A DNA stretch of 64,000 nucleotides from positions 1 through 64,000 of the forward strand of contig CAVVXH010000010.1 in NCBI GenBank assembly GCA_963752155.1. Direction: 5' to 3'. Source of the DNA: an uncultured Parachlamydiaceae bacterium. GTDB lineage: Bacteria; Chlamydiota; Chlamydiia; Chlamydiales; Parachlamydiaceae. The position numbers and the translations under genes are program-made. Position 1 is the stretch's first letter, and the number at the start of each line of letters is the position of its first letter. Under the pieces are notes generated by a model. That model did no database searches and was not told the origin of the DNA. It saw only the letters and a program-made list of their open reading frames with translations. Of this stretch, positions 20,103 through 30,975 are shown one piece after another.

Positions 20103-20951
20103 ATGGATGCAATAAGAAATGTATTAAGCTCTGTCGGTGTGAGTAATGTTTCAACTGACGGTAAAAGTAAAATAGATAAACGTTCGAGTAGTTTTAGTTT
20201 CAGTAGTTCAGCGTCTTTAAGTTCAATAATAAAAAATGCAATTAAGCCTGAATCAAAGGTGGATTATTATAATTCAAAAATTTCTAACTTAGAAGAGAAA
20301 CTTAAAAAAGAAGAAGATCCTATTAAACAAGGTAAAATATTAACTGAAATTAGTAAATGTGAATATGGAAGAAGTACTCATTTAAGAACTAAAATTATTC
20401 AACAACACACAAAAATTGAAAAAATGGAAAAAAATTTGAAGGCTATGATTGGAAATGGCAACAATTCTGTTAAAAGTTCTGAAATAGAAAAATTAAAAGA
20501 GAAATTAAGCCGTTATGAAAGTAAAAGAGAAGATACTATACGAGCCTTTGCTAGTACTGCATTTGACTCTAAAATCAAAAGAGATTTGGATTCTTTGCAC
20601 TCTGGAATTTCACCAATTGGCAAATTATATATAGATATTGTTGTGAAAAAAGACCTTAAAAGTGGTTCTACTGACAGTCTGGATAAACTTGACAGTAAAA
20701 GACTTAATGATGAAGCTAAAGATCTGATTACCGCTGTAAAGGAGGGTATAGCATCAGATTATATGGAAATGAAGGCAAGTGTAGAAAAAAAATTTGAAAA
20801 TGGCAATACAGAAGGTTTGAATAACCTAAGAAGCGAAGATAAAGTAGCGATTGTCATCAAACATATGAAAGAGAATCCTGAAAGTATGTTAGGTTACGAA
20901 GAACTTTCTCCGCCGGAGAAGGAAAAAGTTATGATAGGTGTTCATTCATAA
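20103..20951 (+). CDS. Hypothetical coiled-coil protein with Ser-rich N-terminus
   Basis: 282 aa ORF, GAGGT SD, directly downstream of the TPR gene. Confidence 0.75.
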   Translation: MDAIRNVLSSVGVSNVSTDGKSKIDKRSSSFSFSSSASLSSIIKNAIKPESKVDYYNSKISNLEEKLKKEEDPIKQGKILTEISKCEYGRSTHLRTKIIQQHTKIEKMEKNLKAMIGNGNNSVKSSEIEKLKEKLSRYESKREDTIRAFASTAFDSKIKRDLDSLHSGISPIGKLYIDIVVKKDLKSGSTDSLDKLDSKRLNDEAKDLITAVKEGIASDYMEMKASVEKKFENGNTEGLNNLRSEDKVAIVIKHMKENPESMLGYEELSPPEKEKVMIGVHS

Positions 20952-21202
20952 GAAAAGAGAAAAGATGGATTAATTATTCAATTTAAACTATATCTTTTTG
21001 CATAACAATATAATAGTAGCGATTCCCGCTAAAAAAAGACTAAGTACTGTTATTAGGTTTATTTTTTGGCACCATTACAATTTAACCACAAAAAGCTTTT
21101 TGGAGCGCATAATTAAACTTGACTTATTATAAAATTCTTCGTACACTACAGTCAGATCATATACCGCTCAGTCATAGCCTGGTATAACTATTGGAGTGAT
21201 TA

Positions 21203-22666
21203 ATGCAGGTAGCTTTAAAACAGTCTATTCATAATACCATGGGAGAACCGCAACCTAAAGCAAGACTTTTAGCGCGGGTTTGGGAATATCAAAATCAATT
21301 AGGTCATTTGTTTTTGAGTTTTTTTTCGCCTAAACAGCTGACCAGGCCGGATTCAATCTTTGCTTGCTGTCGTGAAGTTTTTCCTTATATTAAACAATCC
21401 TTTGCGGAGCAATGCTGGAAGATTGTTTTTATCGTAAAGCGTTATTTGTATCTCGCAAAGGATGATTTTCTGAGTACTAGTTTAATTGCTTTGGAAGCAA
21501 TAAATGACTTAGAAAAAACCTTGAGCAATGATGATTTAACTCAGATTACAATTAGCGATGAAAAGGCAAAGAGCATTCAATTTTTTTTATCTCAATCCCT
21601 TTCTGATCGTGAATACGTCAAGATAAATGCTTATCTAAGTTTCTTAGGGAACAATAAGCTTTGGAGAACCTTAAAAGCTTGTAAAGAGTTATTTCTACCT
21701 ATACAACAAAACTGTATTAAAACTCTTCACACTAAAATGTTAAACATAAGTAAAACTTTGAATGAACCTATCGAAGCTTACTTTAATTCTGAATATAAGC
21801 TTACATCAGAAGATCTACGCCTTTTAATAGTTGCAGAGTCAAGAAGAAAACTAATGATGATCTTAAATAAAAATGGGATTGATTGTTACTGTGCTCAAAA
21901 ATTACATGATGAATGGGAAGGAGTAGAGAAGTTGAATAATTGTGAGGTCATGAACATCATTAGAAATCGCTGTGAGAATGGCTATAAACCGGGTCAGATT
22001 TATTTTTATGATTGGCATTTCATTGAAATTAGAGATTTTTATCCTCTAGGCTTGGAATGGGCTTTTAAGCATGTTTTGTATAGCAGAATTCCTCATTTAG
22101 GAATTATTATTAATGATGATCACAATAAAAATAAACCGAAACTATCACATGTTAATGGTGCTATGGGAACACATGGATTCCATCCGATTGGATTTCCGAT
22201 TTTAGGTGCTTTAGGCAATTTTGGCGAATTGGATATTTTACCTTTGATTCCAGCTAACGTTATACCGGAGCATCATAATCGACTGAAAAAATGTTTTTCT
22301 GATGCCTTTATACAATTTGCTTCTGAAATACATCCTGAGGTCAAATTTGAATTGAAACCGACTTGCTTTTTAGGGCATAAAGGGCTATTTGCGCAAAAAC
22401 TTTCAAATGTTGACTTTAGTTCTAAGGAATCACATTTTTGCTCAAGCTATGTAGGGGTGGTCTTTTTAAAGGCTGTTAATGAAGTTAACAAACATCTTTC
22501 AGTATTAGGATATCAAGAAAAAATTCCACATCCATTCGGAGAACATGAAATACTAAATAGGATCGATACTTTGCGTCTCATATATCACTGGAAACAGTTA
22601 AAAGTTCTTAACGTGGTCTCACTTGATGCATTTGTTGATAAAGTTTTTGCTGCCCCAAGATTATGA
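21203..22666 (+). CDS. Hypothetical protein with permuted papain-like (YiiX/YebB NlpC/P60-like) C-terminal domain
   Basis: KPGQIYFY, PHLGII, LSHV, FCSSYV: His before Cys as in permuted NlpC/P60 enzymes. Confidence 0.55.
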   Translation: MQVALKQSIHNTMGEPQPKARLLARVWEYQNQLGHLFLSFFSPKQLTRPDSIFACCREVFPYIKQSFAEQCWKIVFIVKRYLYLAKDDFLSTSLIALEAINDLEKTLSNDDLTQITISDEKAKSIQFFLSQSLSDREYVKINAYLSFLGNNKLWRTLKACKELFLPIQQNCIKTLHTKMLNISKTLNEPIEAYFNSEYKLTSEDLRLLIVAESRRKLMMILNKNGIDCYCAQKLHDEWEGVEKLNNCEVMNIIRNRCENGYKPGQIYFYDWHFIEIRDFYPLGLEWAFKHVLYSRIPHLGIIINDDHNKNKPKLSHVNGAMGTHGFHPIGFPILGALGNFGELDILPLIPANVIPEHHNRLKKCFSDAFIQFASEIHPEVKFELKPTCFLGHKGLFAQKLSNVDFSSKESHFCSSYVGVVFLKAVNEVNKHLSVLGYQEKIPHPFGEHEILNRIDTLRLIYHWKQLKVLNVVSLDAFVDKVFAAPRL

Positions 22667-22669
22667 ATT

Positions 22670-22953
22670 TAGGGACGGTGCAATAATAACTTGTATGATT
22701 GAGCAACGCGAAAGTCCACTCGTGCAAGTTATTGTTTCTAAATAACAAAATCGACTGATGCGGAGTACTAAGAAAAATTAAACGCAAAGGCTCGAAGGCA
22801 CAAAGAGCACAAAGAGATTTTACATGTAAAGTATAAAATTTACCTATTTTTTTCTTTAAACTGAAGATTTTTCGCGTAAGATCTCTTTGTGCTCTTTGTG
22901 CCTTTGTGTTTAATTTTCCCTATACTTTATACACTAATATCGCAGCATCTTTC
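22670..22953. repeat. Element D (22670-22737) joined to a full inverted copy of element A (22738-22953)
   Basis: TAGGGACGGTGCAATAATAACTTG...CAAGTTATTGTT, then the reverse complement of the 41687-41898 element. Confidence 0.85.
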
Positions 22954-22995
22954 ACACTGTGGTTGTAGAAAGATTGTCTTAGCGATTCTTTATTT

Positions 22996-24558
22996 TTAGG
23001 GGACTGATATTCCGTTTCCTAGAGACTCGGAAACGATTTCTATCCGTTTAATTCCCTCTTTGTCTGCGATAATTCTGTATTTCTTCCATTCAACTTTTTC
23101 AGAGAGGTCTGCTTGACGAAACGTGTTTTTCAAGATGATGTTAATATGATAAACTTTTGGTAATAAGATGTGATTGAGTTCAAGAGTTTCACTGTCTAAA
23201 ATGGTATAGGGTTCATAGGGATTGCTCCCTTTAGTGAGAAAATGGTGTATATCATAACGAAAGAGAATATTGAGACCTTTTATTGCCTTTTCCTTCTGAG
23301 TTTCCCCATAGACGTTGATTTTTCTTTTATAATGGATAATCTGCTCTTGACGCTTGATCATTTCAAGATAGGAATGAAATCCTTGGTTTCGTAAGTGAGA
23401 GATGTCCATTGGGACTTGATTCGTGCCGACAAAAGAAAATGATTCATTGACCTTGCCAATGACCTCTTCGCGATCAGGAAGCGAGATTTCAGTAATATAG
23501 TCAGGAAACCACTTAAAAACATGCTTATAAGATAGATTTTTAAGTTCCTCTTTGAGCCGATCCTTTACAACATAAATGAGGATAGAAAAAAGAATAAAGG
23601 GTAGAGAATTGATTACAAAAATGGTTCCTTGAGTGATGAAGAGCACCAAATAGAGAGACATTGCTAATCCAGCAGCAAAGCTACCAATGATAGATCGATA
23701 TTTTTCATCAATTGCAAGCCTTTGCGTCTTAAGTTGCAAAGCATCTAAGATGAATTTGTTTAAGAGGCTGCTTTGATGAAGAATAGCCTCATTTTGCACA
23801 ACATCCCGCTCTAACTGACTTGGTTCTTTAAGCCTAGTTTCACGGTATTTCTTCTCTCGAAGTAATAATTGGGCCAGTGCGTTGTCAGTTTCATTCAGGA
23901 TAGGATCTGCTTTTTGCCGCAAAACTTCCAACAACACCGCCATCGAAGAATTTAACGAAATACTGATCGCATCTTGAATATATCCAAAGATGTGATGTAG
24001 AGCCAAGCCTCCTGGATGCGCTAGAATGCTTTCTTTTAAAGGTTGAAACTCAGCATTCACTTTTTCGATATTTGTTAGAATCGTTCCAATCTTTTCTTTG
24101 TATTCGTTGGCATCTTGTGGCGATAGTGACTTTTCCGGTGTTTTTTCAAGAGAAAGGGCAATTTGATGGACTTCATTTCGAATGGTCGTGCAGTAGATGT
24201 TAGCGAAAAGTTTTAGTTCTTGCTCCATGACTACCATAGAATCTTTTTGTTGTATCGTAGTTTGCAGCTCTCTAAGTCTGACTAGGGGGGAATGAAGACA
24301 AAATGGATTTAACAATTCTTCAAATGACAAGTTTGGAGTCTGCAAACGGATAAGATTTGTTTCATCGCGAAAAAAGTCGTTCTTGGAATATGTTTGCGCA
24401 TTGATTTGCAGGGCAGTAGGAACAAAGATGTAGAATTCTTGGGTATATTCACTTTGCTTTTGTCCTGGGATAGGAGAGAATTCCGATTTTAATTCAAATT
24501 GCCATTTGTCCCTAAAATGGATCTCTCCTGTTTCAAATTCATCCCAAAATGGATCCAT
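22996..24558 (-). CDS. Hypothetical membrane protein (two TMs), likely co-transcribed with secA
   Basis: 520 aa ORF, hydrophobic pair around residues 290-330, starts 3 nt after the restored secA stop. Confidence 0.8.
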   Translation of the reverse strand: MDPFWDEFETGEIHFRDKWQFELKSEFSPIPGQKQSEYTQEFYIFVPTALQINAQTYSKNDFFRDETNLIRLQTPNLSFEELLNPFCLHSPLVRLRELQTTIQQKDSMVVMEQELKLFANIYCTTIRNEVHQIALSLEKTPEKSLSPQDANEYKEKIGTILTNIEKVNAEFQPLKESILAHPGGLALHHIFGYIQDAISISLNSSMAVLLEVLRQKADPILNETDNALAQLLLREKKYRETRLKEPSQLERDVVQNEAILHQSSLLNKFILDALQLKTQRLAIDEKYRSIIGSFAAGLAMSLYLVLFITQGTIFVINSLPFILFSILIYVVKDRLKEELKNLSYKHVFKWFPDYITEISLPDREEVIGKVNESFSFVGTNQVPMDISHLRNQGFHSYLEMIKRQEQIIHYKRKINVYGETQKEKAIKGLNILFRYDIHHFLTKGSNPYEPYTILDSETLELNHILLPKVYHINIILKNTFRQADLSEKVEWKKYRIIADKEGIKRIEIVSESLGNGISVP

Positions 24559-24561
24559 GCG

Positions 24562-27500
24562 CTATCTAGCATCCTCAAGTATAGCTCCGCAACATTTTTT
24601 ATATTTTCTTCCCACTTCCGCAAGGGCAAAATTCATTTCTTGCAGTGCGTTCTCCGATAACCACAGGTTGTAATGCTTTCTTCAAGTTGATTTGTTGAAT
24701 CGAGTTCCGGCGGAAGAGATTCAATTCATCGGAAAACGAACGGTTGGTTTCAAGATTGTAACTTAGAGAAAAATTGTTGTAGATAAGTTGTGGGTTCATT
24801 ATTGTTATTTCGAAACTAAATAGGGCATGAGCGATCTCTTCGCGAACGGTGCGACTGAACTCTTCGAACATAACAAAAGCTTCCTGTTTAAATTCCATTA
24901 ATGGATCGCGTTGGCCGACAGTTCGTAAGTTGACATCAGACCGAAGATGATCCATCGTCAAAAGATGTTCTTGCCAGAGTTTATCGCAATGTCGGATCAT
25001 GATATTGCGAATAGCGTCATTGATGGGCTTAAGAGGACTGGTATACCTAAAAGAGCTTGATATTGAGTGATCTTATCATTTTCGTTGTTTATCTTATCTT
25101 TAAAGGCAGAAATGATCTTATCGCTTGCCAAATTGATGAGATCTTCTTTTGACATGTAATCATCATCAAAGATGCCTGCTTCAAATGTAATAGGGAAATG
25201 AAGGAGTAGCCATTGCCTAAAACCTTCAGGGTCCCAACCTCCTTCTTCTCCTCTACTGTGGAAGAATTTATTTCCTGCAGTTTCGCAGACACTCTCTAGC
25301 AGGTCGATCGCGAGGTTCGACATTTTCGGCATGTAAACATCATTGCGGAAAGCGTAGATCTCTTGTCTTTGCTTATTCATCACATCATCGTATTTCAGAG
25401 TATGTTCACGCATGGTGATAATTGCGTTGTTCAATGCGTTTTTGAGCCGTTTCAATGGATTTATTCAGCATTCCTGCTGAGATAGCTTCACCTTCTTCAG
25501 GTCGGAATTTTTGTAAGATACTCGGTAAGACGTGGAGAGGCAAAGAGACGAATGAGGGTATCTTCAAAGGAAATATAGAATTTGGAAGTTCCCGGATCCC
25601 CCAAACGCGCACAACGTCCTCTAAGCTGACGATCGATACGTCGCGATTGATGGCGAGTTGTTCCAATGACGTGTAAGCCTCCTAGTTCAGGAACCCCTGC
25701 TTCTAGCTTAATATCAGTCCCTCGGCCGGCCATATTCGTAGCAATTGTGATGGCACCTCGTCGTCCCGCTGAAGCAATAATTTCGGCTTCTTGTTCATGG
25801 AATTTCGCATTTAAAACCGCATGTTCAAGCTTATGCTGTCGGAGGATTCGAGATAGCTTTTCTGAGATCTCAACAGATTCCGTTCCTATAAGAATAGGAC
25901 GACCTTTTCATGAATCTCTTTAACTTCTTTTAGGATGGCGTTATATTTTTCACGTTCGGTCATGTAGACTTCATCATTGTGATCCGTGCGAATACATTTG
26001 CGATGGGTAGGAATACTCAAGCACATCCATTTTATAGACTTGCTTGAACTCATTCGCTTCAGTTGATGCTGTTCCTGTCATACCTGCAAGTCGTTCTGTA
26101 CATCCTGAAGTAGTTTTGCAGAGTGATCGTTGCATAAGTTTGTGTTTCCTTTTGGATAGAAACACCTTCTTTAGCTTCAATCGCTTGGTGTAATCCGTCG
26201 GAGAAGCGTCGTCCAGGCTGTGGACGGCCGGTATTTTCATCGATGATGATAATCTTGTCATCTTGCACGATATAATCGACATCGCGCTCCATCATCAAAT
26301 GAGCTCTTAACAGTTGTCTTAGATTGTGTGAACGTTCTTTTCGCTTCGCATCTTCAGCTTGAATCGCTAATTTTCGTTGTATTTTAGTTTCTGCATCTAG
26401 TTCAGTATCATCGTCGATGAGTAGATATTCATGGCTAATGTCGAGCATGGTAAAGTCATCTAAGCTGCCGACACCCCCAGAGTATTCTTGCCAGGCGAGG
26501 ATTCCTTTATCTGTCAGTTCATAGTCGTTGCTGCGCTCATCGACAATCATAAAGAGTTCAGCTAAGTTAGCAATTTTTTCTTCTTTATTTTGGTCTGAGT
26601 GGTAATAGAGATCTTTTCTGTCTAGTGCTGCACGGATGTCAGGGTTTTCTTTAAAGCGTTTGAGAGCTTTATTTGTGGGAGTTCCCTTACTGACTAACCA
26701 CAGTTTGCGTAGAGCCTCTTCTTCTTGTTCCTCTTGCTTTTTATCTCGTTTTCCTGAGGGAGAGCCCTCTTGTTCTCGTTTATCGAGTACTTTTTTGGCC
26801 TCGGAGGCGAGCCGATTGCATAGCTCACGCTGGTGGCGAACGAGTTCGGATACGCCCCCTTTAAGTTCGTCATACATTTGTCGACTAACGGCTACAGGTC
26901 CTGAAATGATCAAAGGAGTTCTTGCTTCGTCGATGAGGATAGAATCGGCTTCATCGATAATGCCATAATTAAAACCACGTTGAACCTGATCTTCTTTTCG
27001 GGTGGCCATGGAGTTATCTCTGAGGTAGTCAAAACCGAATTCGGAAGAAGTACCATAAACGACGTCACTAGCGTAAACCTTTTTGCGTTCTTCCTGAGGT
27101 GTTGCATTTGTTAGAGGCATTGTTGTCAGGCCAAGCCAGCGTAGAATTGTTCCGCACCATTCGCAATCGCGATTGGCGAGATAATCGTTGACTGTGATGA
27201 GATGAACTGGTTTTCCACTTAGAGCATTTAAGTAAAGGGGAAGAACGGAGGTCAGGGTTTTTCCTTCTCCCGTTTGCATTTCAGAGATACAACCATTATG
27301 TAAAGCTATTCCGCCGACAAGTTGCACGTCGAAAGGAACCATGTCCCAATTTTGATCATATCCTGAAACGTGAATGGGAGTTCCTACAAGACGTCGACAG
27401 GCATTTTTTACAACTGCGAAGGCCTCAGGAAGAAGTTGGTCTAAGGATTCTCCTTTAGCGTATCTAGCGCGGAATTCATCTGTCTTTGCCTTGATTTGTT

Positions 27501-27618
27501 CATCGCTGAGCGATTGGAATTTTTTATCCCATTCGTTGATATTTTTAACGACATGGAAATATCTTTTGACTTGCCTATCCTGAGCTGTGCCGAAAATTTT
27601 TTTGAGGATTCCAAACAT
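24562..27618 (-). CDS. secA: Preprotein translocase subunit SecA (several apparent frameshifts in the 3' half)
   Basis: [56 protein letters not shown] and C-terminal CPCGSGKK(Y)KKCC spread over different frames. Confidence 0.95.
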
Positions 27619-27660
27619 TTGATACTTCTTACTTTAAGGATTAATTGAATGAGGCCCTAA

Positions 27661-27820
27661 GGGCCTCGTTCACCTTTAGGTCAAAAATACGGTCGACTGC
27701 GAAACGCCGACTGCACTGCTTTGCTCCTCGGCAATAGCTTAGGCTATTACCTCGTCGCAAATCAGCACATTCGGCATTTCTCGTCTGACCGTATTTTCGA
27801 CCTAAAGGTGAACGAGGTCC
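27661..27820. repeat. 160-bp MITE-like palindromic element E upstream of secA
   Basis: ~34-bp terminal inverted repeats GGGCCTCGTTCACCTTTAGGTCAAAAATACGGTC / GACCGTATTTTCGACCTAAAGGTGAACGAGGTCC; inner hairpin GCAATAGC-TTAG-GCTATTAC. Confidence 0.75.
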
Positions 27821-28094
27821 TTTGCAAAGCAGGGCTATAGATATTCCATTATAACCTAAATTCAAATTTATTACAACAGGGTGAAGGGAAAATTTACGGG
27901 CATATGAAATCAGAACATTTTAGACCTGGCGCTATTTCAAGTTGACCTAATAAAAATTTTTTGGAGTGCGTGTGGCTTTGCCACCACCGAAAGGTCTATT
28001 GCGAAAAGTTTGTTTGGATAAGCAATAGGTTTTACATCAGCATAAATTGAAATTGTATTGCTGTTAATATGGGATCACTTTTGATCGCTTAACC

Positions 28095-28274
28095 ACGGGG
28101 CTTTGGCGCAGCCCAATCGTGCAAGTTATTGTTGCACAGTCCCTAACGTTCCAGCCTTGGTTCCAGACCTGACATTCTGACATTTGCCCTTTAGGAAGCA
28201 ATGTTATCGCATCGGCAAATGTCAGAATATCAGGTCAGGCACCAATGGCAAGGCGCGAACTTGTTATTTAGGAG
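28095..28274. repeat. Element D end fused to palindrome B (28145-28256)
   Basis: ATCGTGCAAGTTATTGTTGCACAGTCCCTA, then AACGTTCCAGCCTTGGTTCCAGACCTGAC...GGCAAGGCGC and the TTGTTATTTAGGAG end. Confidence 0.85.
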
Positions 28275-28345
28275 CGGCTCCCATTACTTTATAAGAAATT
28301 TCATTCTTCATGATCTTTGCGCCTTTACTCTTCTTTGCGTTAATT

Positions 28346-28990
28346 TCATCGGCCCTGAGAAAATTTAGCCATGATTTCTATCACTTCAGCATCTTCAACT
28401 TGAGGAAATGTATCGTAGTAAGCTCCGACACTTCCCATATACTCATAATCATCCGGAATTTGTACTGCGACTAAATCATCAGCGAGAGATAAAAGTAAAT
28501 TTGCTGTTGATCTCGGGCTGACTGGCACAACAACAACAATTTGTTGGGGGCCTCTTTCTCTTAATTCCAGAATGCCCGCTTGCATCGTGAGACCTGTCGC
28601 AATTCCATCGTCAACAATCAGTGCTATTTTATTTTTTACTGAGATCTCTTTTCGATCAGCTAAATAGACCTGGCGTTTTCTTTTGATCTCAACAATTTCC
28701 TTTTGCTGTGCTTTTTTTAACCATAATTCACTCACTGAATTTAAGCCATGAGGCGATTCAACGAGATGGCCATTTTCAGAAATGGCTGCTATGGCATATT
28801 CAGGTTGATAAGGATGCCCAATTTTATGGGCGAGGATGAGATCCAGTGGGGCTTTTAAATAGGAGGCGATCTCCTCCGCAAGGACCACTCCGCCACGCGG
28901 GAGAGCATAAACCACGACTTCTTGGCCTTTGTATTCATCTAGAAGTTCACAAAGTTGCCTTCCCGCATCGCGCCGATCTTTAAAGTACAT
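28346..28990 (-). CDS. Phosphoribosyltransferase family protein
   Basis: FKDRRDAG, ALPRGGV, IVDDGIATG PRPP-binding loop. Confidence 0.9.
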   Translation of the reverse strand: MYFKDRRDAGRQLCELLDEYKGQEVVVYALPRGGVVLAEEIASYLKAPLDLILAHKIGHPYQPEYAIAAISENGHLVESPHGLNSVSELWLKKAQQKEIVEIKRKRQVYLADRKEISVKNKIALIVDDGIATGLTMQAGILELRERGPQQIVVVVPVSPRSTANLLLSLADDLVAVQIPDDYEYMGSVGAYYDTFPQVEDAEVIEIMAKFSQGR

Positions 28991-29006
28991 ATAAAGGTCC
29001 TATGGT

Positions 29007-29822
29007 TTATCTGTAAGGAGAGCCGCGTCCATCGGTTCTAACAAGATATTCCCAATAGTCAGCCATTTCTTCGGAAAGATGACGACTAACATGATGAAGA
29101 GGCAAGGGGCGTTGCGGATTTTCGGTATCAATGCAAGCAAACTCTCCCTTTTTTGTGTAAGGGATGTTTGAACCCAAGAGGCATGAAGAGTAACCATGAC
29201 TTAAAATGCAGTAAAGTTGTTGTATGATGGTTTTATCAGGGATCGTTTTCCATGCCTCTTTTGAAGCAGTACGTCCCACAAGTCGCATATCGGTGACGAC
29301 AAGGACAGCAGGTGTCGTATTTTCGATTAAATTATCTTCATTTTCGATGGGCCCAACTGGATAAATCCATTTATTTGGAACGGCAAAATAATCTAGGTTG
29401 TACTCCTCAATCAGTTTACGTATCTTGGTTACCCCAATGCAGCGAAAAACTGCCCATTGCCAATTGGGCTTTGTTTTTTGCGATTCAATATAGACTTTTA
29501 CAAGATGACCTGGAAGCTTTGGATGAGAAGCAACAAACATCCCTGATGGACGTTCGCTAATGACGACGAATCCGGCCTCTACAAATCTTCTTGGATTTTT
29601 CAGGACTTGTGGATCGGAGAAAATTTTTTTTAAAGGTTTTTGCAGGGGGCTATCTTCGGGCAATAGGAACTCTCTTTGATTGATGCTCTCGTCTTGAGAG
29701 ACCACATAGAATGCTTTGTTGACGCCACTGAAATTGGTATCTTCAATTGAATGACCATAGAATGGTTTGCTTAAGGTAATGAATAATATCAACAAATATA
29801 AATGTTTAAAGTGGCTATACAT
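29007..29822 (-). CDS. Hypothetical exported protein, possible kinase-like fold
   Basis: Signal-peptide-like N-terminus; HLVKVY, SNIPY, CIDTE. Confidence 0.6.
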   Translation of the reverse strand: MYSHFKHLYLLILFITLSKPFYGHSIEDTNFSGVNKAFYVVSQDESINQREFLLPEDSPLQKPLKKIFSDPQVLKNPRRFVEAGFVVISERPSGMFVASHPKLPGHLVKVYIESQKTKPNWQWAVFRCIGVTKIRKLIEEYNLDYFAVPNKWIYPVGPIENEDNLIENTTPAVLVVTDMRLVGRTASKEAWKTIPDKTIIQQLYCILSHGYSSCLLGSNIPYTKKGEFACIDTENPQRPLPLHHVSRHLSEEMADYWEYLVRTDGRGSPYR

Positions 29823-29921
29823 TATTTTTCCCCTTTTTTTGGTGCCTATAAGTTTTATATAGTGTAAAGATTTTTTTTTAGCTACTTTTAATCTTTAAGA
29901 AGAAGAAGCTTTGTTGAAATT

Positions 29922-30962
29922 TCATTGAGCCGGTGCTGAATCTGTAAGAATTCTACTCCACATCTTATCCAGGAATTGTTGTTGCTCTTCTAGAAGCGGA
30001 GACAAGATGATAAAACAGTCATCATTGTCTTCAAAAGCTGCCCTTGTCCAATTAGCAGAGCCATTGACGAGTATAGAATGATCAATGATCATACATTTGT
30101 GATGCAATAAGGGAGCCCCTGTACTCATTCTTAAGTTGATTCCATTTGTTAGAAGGTTCTTAGTAATGTGCTCACAACAACTCATTGCGGCAGTTTTGTC
30201 GATAACGACTTCAACTTTAATTCCGCGGTTTTTCGCATTGATCACTTCCTGGGCTAGATCATCACGTGTCCAAGTATACATCGCTATACGAAGGCTTTTT
30301 TGGGCACTTTGGATGAGTTTCTTGAGACGGGATAATGCCATTGGATCGTCCGGCAAAAACCACAATTCGATGTTTTGCGTTCCTAGGGAAAAAATGCGAT
30401 GAGGGATAGGAATAAAAAAGTCATCTGAGCTAAAAAGTGAACGAGCTTTACTCGAAGCAAACTCCGCTAAAGCTTCACAATTGATGGCTAACATTAAATT
30501 ACCGTAATGACGCAAGGATTCGGTGGACATATTAGCCGAACCAATCCATGTTTGACGATTATCGATAATAAGCATTTTAATATGCATCAAACCATTGAAA
30601 TCACGTTTAAGGAGACTCACTTTAGGACCTAAGCGTGCTATAAGTTTTGAGGCATTTTTAAAATGAGAAATAACTTTTACTTCGCAATTAGTATTGCTTT
30701 TCTTTTTTAAGCTATTAATAATTTTTGAATTGCTTAGATTATAAATAACTAAAGTTACAGATTTTTCTGCTTGGTCAATAGCTTTGCTCATTGTAAGAGC
30801 TAAGTCATCTTGCATTTCAGTACTATAAAGTTCAACCTGAAAAACTTCTTCAGGAATATGAACCTGGTAGATAGCATCGGCAACCCAGCCATAAAATAGA
30901 ATGATTAAAAAAATGGAGGTGCTAAGAATTAATTTCCGAATTATTTTTTTTATATCTTTCAT
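29922..30962 (-). CDS. Phospholipase D family protein
   Basis: Two HKD motifs: HIKMLIID..GSAN and HHKCMIID..GSAN; N-terminal TM. Confidence 0.92.
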   Translation of the reverse strand: MKDIKKIIRKLILSTSIFLIILFYGWVADAIYQVHIPEEVFQVELYSTEMQDDLALTMSKAIDQAEKSVTLVIYNLSNSKIINSLKKKSNTNCEVKVISHFKNASKLIARLGPKVSLLKRDFNGLMHIKMLIIDNRQTWIGSANMSTESLRHYGNLMLAINCEALAEFASSKARSLFSSDDFFIPIPHRIFSLGTQNIELWFLPDDPMALSRLKKLIQSAQKSLRIAMYTWTRDDLAQEVINAKNRGIKVEVVIDKTAAMSCCEHITKNLLTNGINLRMSTGAPLLHHKCMIIDHSILVNGSANWTRAAFEDNDDCFIILSPLLEEQQQFLDKMWSRILTDSAPAQ

Positions 30963-30975
30963 AAAAGATGATCAC

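Noticed and set aside
24562..27618. secA as a pseudogene or programmed frameshift
   Set aside because: Essential gene, conserved motifs, scattered indels without consistent slippery sites; sequencing error is more parsimonious.
27641..27865. 74-aa ORF upstream of secA as a SecM-like arrest peptide
   Set aside because: Lies almost entirely within palindromic element E, lacks an ATG start and a signal peptide.
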